A stretch of 64,000 nt of DNA from a virus (Duplodnaviria; Caudoviricetes), in IMG/VR virus record IMGVR_UViG_3300002835_000172, positions 813 through 64,812 of that record. One strand, 5' to 3'. The position numbers were made by a program, and so were the translations under genes. This document shows positions 1 through 10,175 of this stretch, piece by piece; the stretch's first letter is position 1; every line of letters starts with the position of its first letter. The notes under the pieces are model-generated. The model searched no databases. It saw only the letters and a list, made by a program, of their open reading frames with translations, and was not told the origin of the DNA.

Positions 1-540
1 ACTGAATTGACTGCGAAGGACTGTACCAACGGTAAGAGATCTCACGATCTTTGACTTTGCGTATTGCTTGTGCGAAGTTCGCACTTTGCGTGATAACTGA
101 CATGTCTAACTCCATTCCTAGTAGATAAGCGATATTGCTTATACACACACAATACGCAATAGGTGTTACAGAGTGTGACATCGCCACTGTGCGGTATCGC
201 GTATCCGCTATATCCGTGATCCAATATCTACGATCAGATATACGATCATTCATCGGCATCCCCGACCTTCGATCGAGTACCCGACCAACTAATTACCCGA
301 CCAAACAACCGACGCACGGCGACGGAGCCCCGCAAGTATTTGTTTACCCGCATCAGCCCCGCGTGCATCGTCGCACGGCGGGACTACAGATATCAAAAGT
401 CAAGTTTTTTGGCATGATCGGCTGTTCCCGACGTCATCGGCAATCGGCAAATTGACGTTCACTCGACGTGATCGACAAGAAAGTCAACTTTTTGCAAATT
501 GTCGAAAAAAATGCGTTTTTACCGATTCTTCTGGTTTTCT

Positions 541-565
541 GGAAGCCTTATGTTATAAGGGTTTC
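541..565 (+). repeat. imperfect palindrome (10-bp arms, 5-bp spacer), recombinase/protein-binding-site-like; copy 1
   Basis: GGAAGCCTTA-TGTTA-TAAGGGTTTC; 22/25 identical to the reverse complement of 14662-14686. Confidence 0.55.
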
Positions 566-726
566 ATGGAGGTGGGTTTTGTGGAACTTCCCGAGCCGAG
601 AGAAAACCGTCGAAAAGAACAACTTTTTGCACATCCGGCTGCCAGGTCCCATGATTCCGGGTAGGTCCTGCTTCAGGGTGCTTGGAAGCCCCGTTAGGTT
701 ACTTGCGCTGAAGTACAGCGCGGGAC

Positions 727-927
727 TCAGAAGAGAGTGGGCGCATCATCAAATTGGTTGCGCACTTCGGTGCAGATTTTGTGGGCGTATCCGAGTGGGG
801 CTGAGGGTTTCTTTGGTGTCCCCAAGTATTTGCCATCTCGGTATTCGATCCATGAAACGATCTTCACGCAGTAGGCGTGGTTCGTTGTGTCTATTTCTTG
901 TTCACAGATGGAGCAGTTGACTTTCAT
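727..927 (-). CDS. small hypothetical protein, possible Zn-binding
   Basis: 66-aa ORF with CxxC near the N-terminus and HxxC near the C-terminus; lies in a run of minus-strand ORFs. Confidence 0.5.
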   Translation of the reverse strand: MKVNCSICEQEIDTTNHAYCVKIVSWIEYRDGKYLGTPKKPSAPLGYAHKICTEVRNQFDDAPTLF

Positions 928-1295
928 TTATGCGGTGGCTTCTGCTTTCAGAGGGGCGACGATCACGGAGAGTAGATCTTCTACAGGGAATTGTAGGTCG
1001 CTATGTGACCTGATGTCAAGGAGAAGGTCGATCATTTCTGATGATGACACGAGTTCACGACCTGAGATATGTTTGATCGCATTGTCTATGAGGTTAGTAA
1101 TAGTGCTAATTTGTTGTGCTGTTTCCAAGAGACTTCTTCTTTCTAGGTGCAATAGTTGGTAGATAGTTTATCGCATAATCGTAGGTATGACGCAGACAAA
1201 CGATGTTGTCGTTGTACAAGGAGAGTGCTGTCGAACAGCCTTCCCATGCACAACGCCGAACACCGTTGCTGTCTTTTTTAGGTATAAGAACAGGT

Positions 1296-1745
1296 TTACT
1301 CTGCAAGTTTCGCCCACTCCTCGTCGCCAATGAGTTCTGATGCTTGCAGTATCGCTTCCTCTACATCAAAGTGCACGCAGTTCAACCAACCCGCTTCGCC
1401 AACTGTGTCGTCGTCTGCGTACAGATCAAACCATGCATTGTTGTCAAACTCAATGCGTTCTTCGTCTATTGCTTTCTGCAACTGTTCATCTGTTTCAATG
1501 CCTGCTTGCGCGAGACGGTCAGAGTATCTGATCACCTGATGGTTCGCATTGTCGATGCGTGCTTCTTTGCTATCCCAAACATGGAGACGCATCTCGCCAT
1601 CGCAGTAAACGCTGATGGTGCGGTCTTTGTAGGTAACCCGTGCCACAAGTTGGTGTGCATTTGCGTCCCAAACATAGAACGCAGGGTCTTTGCAGAACTC
1701 TCGCTCGTGGGGTGTTTGCTCACGGGTAATGATTAGGTCTTGCAT
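1296..1745 (-). CDS. hypothetical phage protein
   Basis: 149-aa ORF with AAGGAG RBS upstream. Confidence 0.65.
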   Translation of the reverse strand: MQDLIITREQTPHEREFCKDPAFYVWDANAHQLVARVTYKDRTISVYCDGEMRLHVWDSKEARIDNANHQVIRYSDRLAQAGIETDEQLQKAIDEERIEFDNNAWFDLYADDDTVGEAGWLNCVHFDVEEAILQASELIGDEEWAKLAE

Positions 1746-2006
1746 TATTTCTCCTTAGTAGTTTTAGTAGTTGTAGAGATAGTAACGCAGGGGTGTTGTG
1801 CGGTTATGCGTTTCCTAACAACGCCAATGCTTCGTCTATTTCGATGGTTGTTTTGATGGAGTGATCCCCGTCGTATGCAACGGTGACATAGTTTGCACCA
1901 ACGGACGGGTTCTGTGCTATTTCACAGATAGACCCGTACGCCTGCGCTACTGCATCTAGATGGTTGTCTGCCTCGTAGACCATTTGCCAAGTGACGATGT
2001 ACTGCA

Positions 2007-2219
2007 TTAGACGGACAGACTTTCCTGCCACGAGAACATTGGGGTAACACCAAACTCGTCTTTTACGGAACGGGTGCTGACCTCAACATCAACCTTGTAT
2101 TGCTCTAACAATGCGAGGATCTCTGCGAGTTCCGCCTTGTCGGTTGCGATGCTGTAACGCAACTCGTGCATACGGGTGTTTAGGGTCTCGAATGTTTGCT
2201 TTTTGTTACGGAGTTTCAT
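2007..2219 (-). CDS. hypothetical coiled-coil protein
   Basis: 70-aa ORF whose start overlaps the stop of the upstream ORF at 2219. Confidence 0.55.
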   Translation of the reverse strand: MKLRNKKQTFETLNTRMHELRYSIATDKAELAEILALLEQYKVDVEVSTRSVKDEFGVTPMFSWQESLSV

Positions 2220-2605
2220 TATTTATCTGCCTTTCGGTCTGCTTGTGGGTCTCTTATTTCATACTGACGACCTTCGCGTTTTACGAAGATGTCAGGACGA
2301 TCTTGAACGATCTTGCGGACGGTTGCTTCTGATATGTCGCCAATTTCTGCAAGTTCTTTTACGGTTATCAACTCAAACACATGGTTCTTGCACCAAGACA
2401 TGATGTCTTGTTTGCCGTCTTGTGCCGTGCGCCAACCTTCACTTGGTTGTGCTTGCGCCAAGAGTTCTGCCTTGATGTTGTTTGGTACGAGATCACGGAC
2501 ACGCTTAGGTACTTGCGCAACCCAAACAGGTTTACCGTATGTGTTGATCGCTTCGGTAACTTCGCGTATCGCGTCGTCTAGTTGTGTGTCTACTTCGTTG
2601 CTCAT
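2219..2605 (-). CDS. putative HTH DNA-binding protein
   Basis: C-terminal ITVKELAEIGDISEATVRKIV is HTH-like; start moved to ATG 2605, 7 nt downstream of a TATAGT -10 box. Confidence 0.55.
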   Translation of the reverse strand: MSNEVDTQLDDAIREVTEAINTYGKPVWVAQVPKRVRDLVPNNIKAELLAQAQPSEGWRTAQDGKQDIMSWCKNHVFELITVKELAEIGDISEATVRKIVQDRPDIFVKREGRQYEIRDPQADRKADK

Positions 2606-3208
2606 AGTACCCACTATACGCAACGGGTGTGACAAAGTGTGTGATGCCATTAGAACAGTTCGCTTTCATCTAGGAGGAACTCAGGAACTCGTAGTCCCAT
2701 CTGCGCCTCGTCGATTACTATTGCTGTGTCGTCAAGGAGTTCACGGACTTTTCGTACCGCTTCCTTGAATACTGCTGTCTGCTGTGCCATGTCTACTCGC
2801 AAGAGTTCCCCAAGTATGACCTCGTGGTTTTGGTCTAGTGCCCGTCGGATACGACTAAGACTCAGGTAGTCCTGATCCATGATCTCTCGCACACTCATTT
2901 GTGTTTCTGCCATTATTTTTATTACCTCTTCCAAAGTTCTAGGTTTATCTAACATCATCATTATATACACAGCCCCAACAAATAGCAACCCCGACAACAA
3001 ACAAATGTTCGCCTCAGAAACCTATATACGCCACCGTTCAAGTTGGTGTATTCGATGTGTATGCCCGACTGTCGGGTAATGACGTCCCACTTCTTGCTCG
3101 GGAGCCCCGCTTCGCTTCTTCGCCTTTCCAGTCGGCGGGACTATAAAAGACTTGCAAATCCCCGACGGCTCAGATAAACTAAAAGAAAGTACTAGAAAAA
3201 GAGGTTGC

Positions 3209-3808
3209 ATGGTCGAGGAAGAACTAAAAGTTTTAGAAGAAGTCAGTAAACAATGGGTCTTGTGGCGCAAAACCAACAATATCCAAAAGAACTCGTGCAT
3301 CTTGGCGTGCAACTTTGCGCATCAAATGCTGATCCGCCTCGGAGTTGAACACGAAGTCCTTCCTGTCGGAACCACAGTATTCAACCGCAAAGGTTGGGAA
3401 ATGTTTGGAACCGCAGTCAACCAACTCCCTGATGATGCGTGGACAGTCCATTGTTCAAGCCAAACAGAAGGTTTGGGTTTTGGCGGACACACCGTAATAC
3501 ACACGGAGAACTACTTTCTCGACTTGACGGCGTTGCAGTTTTCTCGACCCGAGCACGAAATCTTTGTCGGCGAAACTTTATTAGTCCCGTTAGAGAATAT
3601 GGAAGTTTTTGAGCGGGGCTCACAACCCCATGCGGTGCATCTCGCATTCCGAACCAACAAGTTTTGGACTTTCCCGATCGGGTCGGGGCTGTATTCGTAC
3701 TACCTAGAGAAGTGGAACACGATCTACCGTAAGTCACCTGATTGGAACATCTCAGCGAGGGAGTTAGGTATCCCAAGCATCATTGAGGAACTGCGAAAAG
3801 GTAGTTGA
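3209..3808 (+). CDS. hypothetical protein with possible Cys-His-Asp (transglutaminase/papain-like) triad
   Basis: SCILAC...GGHTVI...FLDLTALQF spacing; GAGG RBS before ATG 3209. Confidence 0.45.
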   Translation: MVEEELKVLEEVSKQWVLWRKTNNIQKNSCILACNFAHQMLIRLGVEHEVLPVGTTVFNRKGWEMFGTAVNQLPDDAWTVHCSSQTEGLGFGGHTVIHTENYFLDLTALQFSRPEHEIFVGETLLVPLENMEVFERGSQPHAVHLAFRTNKFWTFPIGSGLYSYYLEKWNTIYRKSPDWNISARELGIPSIIEELRKGS

Positions 3809-3833
3809 CATTGTTATATATATTGGATACACT
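3805..3833 (+). promoter_or_regulatory. sigma70/SigA-type promoter
   Basis: TTGACA (3805-3810), 17-nt spacer, TACACT (3828-3833), upstream of the ORF at 3867. Confidence 0.75.
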
Positions 3834-3866
3834 TTTATTACCTACTAGAAATACAAGGAGCAAGAA

Positions 3867-4199
3867 ATGAACGAGAACAGTTATCGAACAGCAAAGACCG
3901 TGCTCATCACGGCGACAGTAACTATTGCGTCAGTATTCGCATTTAGTTTTCTGAAAGAACAGAACCAACAAGACAACGAGTTCTTTTGCAACGGAGCACC
4001 TATCACCATCAAAGACGGTGACACTCTCTATTGGATTGCACGCACAAACTGTGAAGGCAACACCATGAATGTTGTAGATGAACTTGTACGAGTTTATGGA
4101 ACTGACTTGACGATTGGTGACACGATCTTCCTACCTACGCACCCGAACTGTGAACTACGCATGACGGACGGCGGACAAGTAATGGAAGATTGCAAGTAA
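3867..4199 (+). CDS. membrane-anchored LysM-domain protein
   Basis: N-terminal hydrophobic helix, then ITIKDGDTLYWIART...LTIGDTIFLP (LysM pattern); AAGGAG RBS. Confidence 0.7.
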   Translation: MNENSYRTAKTVLITATVTIASVFAFSFLKEQNQQDNEFFCNGAPITIKDGDTLYWIARTNCEGNTMNVVDELVRVYGTDLTIGDTIFLPTHPNCELRMTDGGQVMEDCK

Positions 4200-4238
4200 T
4201 AAACAAAAATATATAACTACTAGACAAGGAGAAAAGTA

Positions 4239-4421
4239 ATGAAAAAATTGTTTCACGACATCAGGCACGCAGAGGCACTTAGTTGGATAATGGCTATTGT
4301 TTTTATTTTGTGGATTAGTCTTGCATTATCTGTCGGTTCACCTAGTGTCGGCTGTTCTGATGTTTACGCAGGATACGACACGGGTTGGTCTGATGTTTGC
4401 ATGGACGATTACAGGGGGTAA
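4239..4421 (+). CDS. small membrane protein
   Basis: 60 aa with one hydrophobic segment; AAGGAG RBS. Confidence 0.6.
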   Translation: MKKLFHDIRHAEALSWIMAIVFILWISLALSVGSPSVGCSDVYAGYDTGWSDVCMDDYRG

Positions 4422-4879
4422 CTAATGTCCAACGAGAAACTAGATAACCCATACACAACGGAGTGTCTTGACTGTGGGATAAACCTATGGTCACAGTACC
4501 TTCACTACTTAGGTATGGACAACGACACCGCACAATGTGCGAACTGTCTAACAGCAAACCCTACCAAATACGAAAGATGGAGCGACATAGTATGAGCGAA
4601 CAAAACGGACAACTACCAACCTTTGGCGAATGGTGCGACCTGCATTCATTCAACCCCGACAATGACGACAACTTTAGTCTCTACCTGAATTGGTTACAGA
4701 GAGAAACGAGCAAGTAATGAACACCACAGAACAAGAAACCATTGAAGTAACCCTCGACGCATTAGACGAAACCGTAAACGAACTAGAGCGTCTAATGGCG
4801 TTACTAGCAGAGCGTCTAGGCGCAAAACCTGTCACCCACTACCAAGACAAGTAACCCCAAGAGGGGCTAAACTTATCTA

Positions 4880-6814
4880 GTGTCAGATAAACACCTGTTC
4901 CTAGCGGACGACCATTTGGTCTCAACCTCGCCATACGACCGAGAAGAAGTTGAACAAATCAAAGCCATCGACGGCGCAAAGTGGGACAAAGTTGCAAAAG
5001 CGTGGCGTATCCCAATGTCTTCAGTTGTTGAAGCGCGGGACTTCGGCGAACGAAACGGATTCATCATCGATCCACAAGTTCTCACCTTCGACCTTCCTCG
5101 GAAACTCAACCCGACCTTCGGTGTCACCCTAGAAAAAGACTTCATTTATATGTCCTTCGCTTACGACCCCGTGAAAGTCAAAGCAGTCAAGGCAATCCCA
5201 AGCGTAACTTGGCACGCAAAAACTATGGCTTGGAGAGCACCCGTAGGTTCAATCACCGAATGCATCGAGTGGGCGGAGAAGTTCAACCAACCGATGCCGA
5301 CCAACCTGATACTTATGGCTTCAAAACTGAAAGAAACACACGACGAGTCCGTACAACAGTCCCGTTCCGTTGATGCCGACATTGAAGTCGCGGGACTCCC
5401 ACTTCTTCCCTACCAGAAAGCAGGGGTGAAATACGCGTCGACAGCCAAAAGATGCTTTATCGCCGACGACATGGGACTCGGCAAAACCTTGCAGGCGATT
5501 GCAACTTTAGAAAACTCCAAAGATGCCTACCCTGCTGTGGTTGTTTGCCCACCCAACTTGGTTCTCAATTGGCAAAAAGAGTACGGGAAGTGGCTACCTG
5601 ACAGGAAAGTGGTCACCGTTACAGACCGCAAAACATTTCCTGAACATAAAGACTTTGATGTCCTTGTTGTTGGATACTCTAACATTTCTCATTGGCAAAA
5701 GCAAATAACCGAGTTCCGATCATTTGTGTTCGACGAATCACATTACGTCAAGTCGCCGACGTCTCAGCGGACCAAAGCAGCCATCAAGATCGCCAGAACA
5801 GCCCCGCAGGATGGCATCATTCTCTGCTTGACAGGTACACCAGTAACCAATCGACCAGCCGAATACGCCAGCCAACTCGACATTCTCGGGAAACTCAACA
5901 CCTTTGGCGGACTTTGGGGTTTTTATCGAAGATACTGCGGTGCTTTCCGAGACAGATTTGGTCAATGGAACATCAGCGGTAACTCAAACCTAGATGAACT
6001 CAACGAAAAGTTACGCGGAAACTGTTATATCCGAAGAACAAAAGATCAGGTCCTAAAAGATTTACCCCCAGTCCGACACTCGAACATCATTGTTGCTGGT
6101 AGCCCCGCGCAGATGGCTGAGTATCGAAAAGCAGAGCGGGACATCGTCGAGTATTTAGTCGAAAGAGCCAGACAAATCGCGTTGGAACTCGGCACTTCAC
6201 CCGGCTCGGCGTCGGTCGTCGCTCGAATAAAAGCAGAATCTAACGAACATTTGGTTCGTATTTCTGTGCTGCGGAAACTTGCTGCGAAAGCAAAAATGGA
6301 TGCGGTTATTGGTTTTATTGAAAGCCATATGGAAGCAGGGTTGAAAGTTGTTGTCGCAGCGCACCACCGAGAGATTGTCGACGAACTCGCCAACAAGTTT
6401 GGGGGGCTGAAGATCCAAGGAGGGATGCTGGTCTCAGACGTCGAGGATGCGAAGTCCCGCTTCCAAGAAGAATCAGCCGAAGATGCACCCGTGATCGTTT
6501 TGTCGATCCAAGCCGCCAAAACTGGGCACACTTTGACGGCTGCACAAGATGTGTTGTTTGTTGAACTTCCTTGGACACCAGCAGATGTTGACCAAACTTA
6601 CAGTCGTTGCCATCGTTTGGGTCAGCAGGGTTCGGTAACCGCAACCTATTTGCTGTGTGAAGGAACTGTCGACGAAGAAATTTATAACCTGATTTCTCGG
6701 AAGAGATCCGTCGTCGACGCGGCAACTGATGGCGGGACTGCTGTGCGAAGAAGCGAATCGGTTGGTCAGATGATCGTCGGCATGTTTGCTCAGAGGGGAC
6801 TCGATGGCATATAG
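4880..6814 (+). CDS. SNF2-family (HARP/SMARCAL1-like) helicase/annealing ATPase
   Basis: ADDMGLGKT (motif I), DESH (II), LTGTP (III), QTYSRCHRLGQ (VI); two N-terminal HARP-like W..K.W repeats. Confidence 0.92.
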   Translation: MSDKHLFLADDHLVSTSPYDREEVEQIKAIDGAKWDKVAKAWRIPMSSVVEARDFGERNGFIIDPQVLTFDLPRKLNPTFGVTLEKDFIYMSFAYDPVKVKAVKAIPSVTWHAKTMAWRAPVGSITECIEWAEKFNQPMPTNLILMASKLKETHDESVQQSRSVDADIEVAGLPLLPYQKAGVKYASTAKRCFIADDMGLGKTLQAIATLENSKDAYPAVVVCPPNLVLNWQKEYGKWLPDRKVVTVTDRKTFPEHKDFDVLVVGYSNISHWQKQITEFRSFVFDESHYVKSPTSQRTKAAIKIARTAPQDGIILCLTGTPVTNRPAEYASQLDILGKLNTFGGLWGFYRRYCGAFRDRFGQWNISGNSNLDELNEKLRGNCYIRRTKDQVLKDLPPVRHSNIIVAGSPAQMAEYRKAERDIVEYLVERARQIALELGTSPGSASVVARIKAESNEHLVRISVLRKLAAKAKMDAVIGFIESHMEAGLKVVVAAHHREIVDELANKFGGLKIQGGMLVSDVEDAKSRFQEESAEDAPVIVLSIQAAKTGHTLTAAQDVLFVELPWTPADVDQTYSRCHRLGQQGSVTATYLLCEGTVDEEIYNLISRKRSVVDAATDGGTAVRRSESVGQMIVGMFAQRGLDGI

Positions 6815-6824
6815 TTCCGACCTC

Positions 6825-6899
6825 GCCCTCGTATCGGCTCACTCTTATAAGGTGTAGAAACCGTAGTGGTGCACGGTGGTTCAACTCCACCCGAGGGCA
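6825..6899 (+). tRNA. atypical tRNA-like RNA, putative anticodon UAU (Ile), no canonical D-arm
   Basis: 7-bp acceptor stem GCCCTCG/CGAGGGC plus A discriminator; T-arm GGTGG-TTCAACT-CCACC; anticodon arm CACT-CTTATAA-GGTG; only 8 nt between acceptor and anticodon stems. Confidence 0.65.
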
Positions 6900-7036
6900 C
6901 GAAACCCTTACCCAGTAACGAGTTAACCTAATGTTTGCGGTTTGGTTACGCAATTTGCTATACTAGAGATACAAGATTACTTGACATAGACGGGCACAAG
7001 AACCCGAAACCTATCCACCAACCGAAGGACAACTTC

Positions 7037-7591
7037 TTGATAACCAAAACAGCAATGATATTGGCGTTTATATATGGGATGATCTTTCTCACCCCGATAG
7101 CCGAAGCAAAAGCCCCAATAGAAACAGGGGTAATTGCACTAGCCCCGCTATCCGTTCTGCCTGAAACACGGGAGGCAAGAGAAGGAACAAGCAACGTTTC
7201 TGTGTTCAAACACGGCAACATTGACTGGTTACCAGAACTCGCCCTTGCTGCTGGATGGAAACCTGCTCAGTTCAAGAAACTAGGGCATATTATTCTCCGA
7301 GAATCAGGTGGATGCCCAAACCGTATTGGCAGTTCAATCGTTGATAAGAACTGCAACATCACGGGGTACACCAAGGCGACCAACAAGTCAGACTCGGGTC
7401 TGCTTCAAATCAACGGTGTCAATTGGGACTTAAGCCGTAATAAGAACGCAATCGCTTGCACCAAACTAGGCTTTTGCACCCAAGAGGATCTGCTTGATCC
7501 ACTGAATAACCTCAAAGTCGGCAGGCTTTTGTTTGAAGCCGCTGGTTGGGAACCGTGGAATGCATGTAATTGGGATCCAACGCGCTGTTAA
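7037..7591 (+). CDS. secreted lytic transglycosylase (SLT/lysozyme-like)
   Basis: signal-peptide-like N-terminus, catalytic RESGG, DSGLLQIN, NLKVG..L...GW.PW motifs; start placed at TTG after AAGGA. Confidence 0.8.
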   Translation: MITKTAMILAFIYGMIFLTPIAEAKAPIETGVIALAPLSVLPETREAREGTSNVSVFKHGNIDWLPELALAAGWKPAQFKKLGHIILRESGGCPNRIGSSIVDKNCNITGYTKATNKSDSGLLQINGVNWDLSRNKNAIACTKLGFCTQEDLLDPLNNLKVGRLLFEAAGWEPWNACNWDPTRC

Positions 7592-7695
7592 GGCGTATTA
7601 GCCCCGCTCACAACAACATCCGCCACTTCTGCTGGCACTAAATTTCGCACTAAATTCGGTGCTTTGCTGCTGTCGGGTATTTCTTTTGAAATAAG

Positions 7696-7724
7696 TTGAC
7701 ATTTAGGGTTGTCTCATATAAACT
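7696..7724 (+). promoter_or_regulatory. sigma70/SigA-type promoter
   Basis: TTGACA, 17-nt spacer, TAAACT upstream of the DUF932 gene. Confidence 0.7.
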
Positions 7725-7763
7725 AATATGCATAAACTAAACAGGAACCAAGGAGGTTGCCGA

Positions 7764-8789
7764 ATGGTAGCAAACATAGAAGTAAACAAAGACGGGAAAG
7801 CAAGGTTTGCGTACGCAGGTACACAAACCCCATGGCACCGTCTAGGACAGTCAATGCAAGGACTTCAAACCATTGACGCAATGTTGGAAGCATCCCAAGC
7901 GGACTACCAAGTCCTACTGACCAAGATCGCAGTAGTAGACGACGAGGGCAACCTTGTGCGCAACCCTGATGGTTCACCCGTGATCGTTGAGGACAACAAA
8001 GCAACCGTCCGCATGAACGACGACGGTTCGTTCTCACCATTAGCAACAGTGGGCAACCGTTACGATGTCTTTCAAAACCGTGAGGTTCTTGAACGAGCAA
8101 TGGCAGTAGTTGGTGCATCCAAGGGAGACGCAGTGATTGACACTTGCGGTGTTCTCAAGGGCGGAGCACGATTCTTCGCAGGCATTGACCTAGGAACATT
8201 GGTTATTGATCCAACGGGCGTTAACGACAAGATCGCACGATACTTGGTTGTATCCCACGGACATGACGGTTACTGGCCGATCCGGTACGCAAATACTGAT
8301 GTTCGAGCAGTATGTCAAAACACTGTGATCATGGGAATCAAGAATGCACAGCGACTATTCACCGCACGACACACCCGTAATGCGGACGAATATCTAAACA
8401 CCGCACAAGAAGCATTGCAGATCTCTACGGAGTGGGCAAAGAACTTCAAGATCATGGCAGAATCAATGTTGGCAATCCCTGTTCCGCAGTCATCACAGCG
8501 GGTAGATAAGGTCATCAACACTGTGTTCCCAATCAAAGCAACGGAATCAGACACTCAACGACGCAACCGTGAAGAAATCACGGGAACGGTCAGAGCACTG
8601 TACGCATCACAAAAGAATGCAGGCGGTTACGGTTTCAACGGTTGGAGTATTTACAACTCCGTAGTAGAGTACCTTGACCATCACCGCAAAGGCGATGCAA
8701 GTGACAGAGCGTTGGCAACCATTGAGGAAAACTCGTGGGTGAACAAAGCAAAGATCACTGCACAGCACGCAGTACTTCAATTGGTTTAA
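7764..8789 (+). CDS. DUF932 / phage-plasmid TIGR03299-like protein
   Basis: TPWHRLG, Y..FQN, HDG...IR..T.VRAVCQNT, RHT and W..YN.V.EYLDH motifs; AGGAGG RBS before ATG 7764. Confidence 0.85.
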   Translation: MVANIEVNKDGKARFAYAGTQTPWHRLGQSMQGLQTIDAMLEASQADYQVLLTKIAVVDDEGNLVRNPDGSPVIVEDNKATVRMNDDGSFSPLATVGNRYDVFQNREVLERAMAVVGASKGDAVIDTCGVLKGGARFFAGIDLGTLVIDPTGVNDKIARYLVVSHGHDGYWPIRYANTDVRAVCQNTVIMGIKNAQRLFTARHTRNADEYLNTAQEALQISTEWAKNFKIMAESMLAIPVPQSSQRVDKVINTVFPIKATESDTQRRNREEITGTVRALYASQKNAGGYGFNGWSIYNSVVEYLDHHRKGDASDRALATIEENSWVNKAKITAQHAVLQLV

Positions 8790-8809
8790 ACAGTTCCTTA
8801 GTAGGGAAG

Positions 8810-8848
8810 ATACCACCACCTGAGCAATCGGGTGGTGGTATTATTTTA
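8810..8848 (+). terminator. intrinsic terminator
   Basis: ATACCACCACCTGA-GCAA-TCGGGTGGTGGTAT hairpin followed by a T-rich tract. Confidence 0.75.
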
Positions 8849-8851
8849 TGT

Positions 8852-9301
8852 ATGGATACGCCCGAGTGGGACGACTACAAACCTAAAGAAATAGAACTGC
8901 CTAAGCCAATCATCCCTGAGAACATCCTCAAAGATTTGACAGAGTTCGTACAGAACGCATTGGAGAAGGAAAACAAACTAATGTCAATAACATCAGATGT
9001 GTTAGACCAACTGTATAGAGAAATAGGCGGTGACGAAGAAACAGCGTCCCTAGTTATCTCATATATTCAACGACGCCACAAGTGGGATGTTGAACTATTG
9101 GCTGAACGCAGAGATGTAGATGAAGTTCTTTACCGTGAACACGATCTCTTTGACGAACACATGTGGGATAAAGTCATGAACACCAAAGCCATTTCCGACC
9201 TCCATCACGAGGTGTGGAAACTGTCCCAAAAGTACATTTCCCGAGCAATCAACGAAGTGCTTCGGTCGGATAACGGGACTCCCGAAGAGCCAGCGTTCTA
9301 A
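8852..9301 (+). CDS. hypothetical protein
   Basis: acidic helical ORF starting MDTPEW after the terminator. Confidence 0.55.
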   Translation: MDTPEWDDYKPKEIELPKPIIPENILKDLTEFVQNALEKENKLMSITSDVLDQLYREIGGDEETASLVISYIQRRHKWDVELLAERRDVDEVLYREHDLFDEHMWDKVMNTKAISDLHHEVWKLSQKYISRAINEVLRSDNGTPEEPAF

Positions 9302-9573
9302 AGCAGGTCGTCGTCGGCTAGAGGATCGCCGTCGATCATCTCAAATGTTGCAGTAAAGCGCGTTCCGTCTTCATTATCAACTGAAATAACCTTGAACCCA
9401 AGCGAATCAAGCATCAAATCAGCCACACCACCCATATCTTCCTCAAAGGTTTCAATTTCTGCGTCGGTTGTTTCATCATCAACTGCCAAAGAAACAAGAA
9501 TTTCCATCAGCAGATCTCGAACGTTTAAGTGGACTTCTTCAGGTGTAAGCATGTTGCCATAATAGCCCCGCAT
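9298..9573 (-). CDS. hypothetical acidic protein
   Basis: 91-aa ORF, convergent with the previous gene. Confidence 0.5.
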   Translation of the reverse strand: MRGYYGNMLTPEEVHLNVRDLLMEILVSLAVDDETTDAEIETFEEDMGGVADLMLDSLGFKVISVDNEDGTRFTATFEMIDGDPLADDDLL

Positions 9574-9633
9574 CCGCTAGATTGGTGACACCTCAGTCAA
9601 AAGGGCTGAGGTAAGACACTAGGAGGATCCGAA

Positions 9634-10104
9634 GTGAGTGCATCACCCGTAACATTGGTTGGAAATCTAACCGCTGACCCAGAACTGAAGTTCTTGCCAA
9701 CAGGAGTTGGTAAGTTGACTTTCGGTATCGCAGTAAACCATTATTGGACTGACCAAGATGGTGAAAAACAAGAGAAGACTTCGTTCTTCAATATCATTGC
9801 GTGGCGCAACCTCGCAGAAGACTGTGCGAATGTCCTCACCAAGGGCGTTCGTGTTGTTGTAACAGGACGCTTGGAACAGCGTTCGTGGGACGACAAGGAA
9901 ACAGGCGCAAAGCGTTCAACTGTTGAAGTTCTTGCTGACAACATTGGTTTGTCTGTTGGGAACATTGAGACATTTGTTCGTAAGCAGAAGGCTGAAGGAC
10001 AAAACGGTTCGTATGCCCCGAAGGCTAAAACCGCATCCGCACCAGCACGCACTGCACCGAAGCCGATTGCTCAGGTACAACTCGAAGAGCAAGAGGCTTG
10101 GTAG
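9634..10104 (+). CDS. ssb: single-stranded DNA-binding protein
   Basis: VTLVGNLTADPELKF...WRNLAE...GRLEQRSW OB-fold pattern of the actinobacterial type; acidic/aromatic C-terminus; AGGAGG RBS. Confidence 0.95.
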   Translation: MSASPVTLVGNLTADPELKFLPTGVGKLTFGIAVNHYWTDQDGEKQEKTSFFNIIAWRNLAEDCANVLTKGVRVVVTGRLEQRSWDDKETGAKRSTVEVLADNIGLSVGNIETFVRKQKAEGQNGSYAPKAKTASAPARTAPKPIAQVQLEEQEAW

Positions 10105-10175
10105 AAGCAGTTAGCCCCGCTATCTGAAAACCGTTCCTCACCAATAAGTGTCACCCGTGAGTGCACTTGGTGAGG

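Noticed and set aside
6825-6925. Integrated-prophage attachment site at the tRNA-like gene
   Set aside because: No integrase and no duplicated tRNA 3' end in the window, and phage-type genes continue on both sides.
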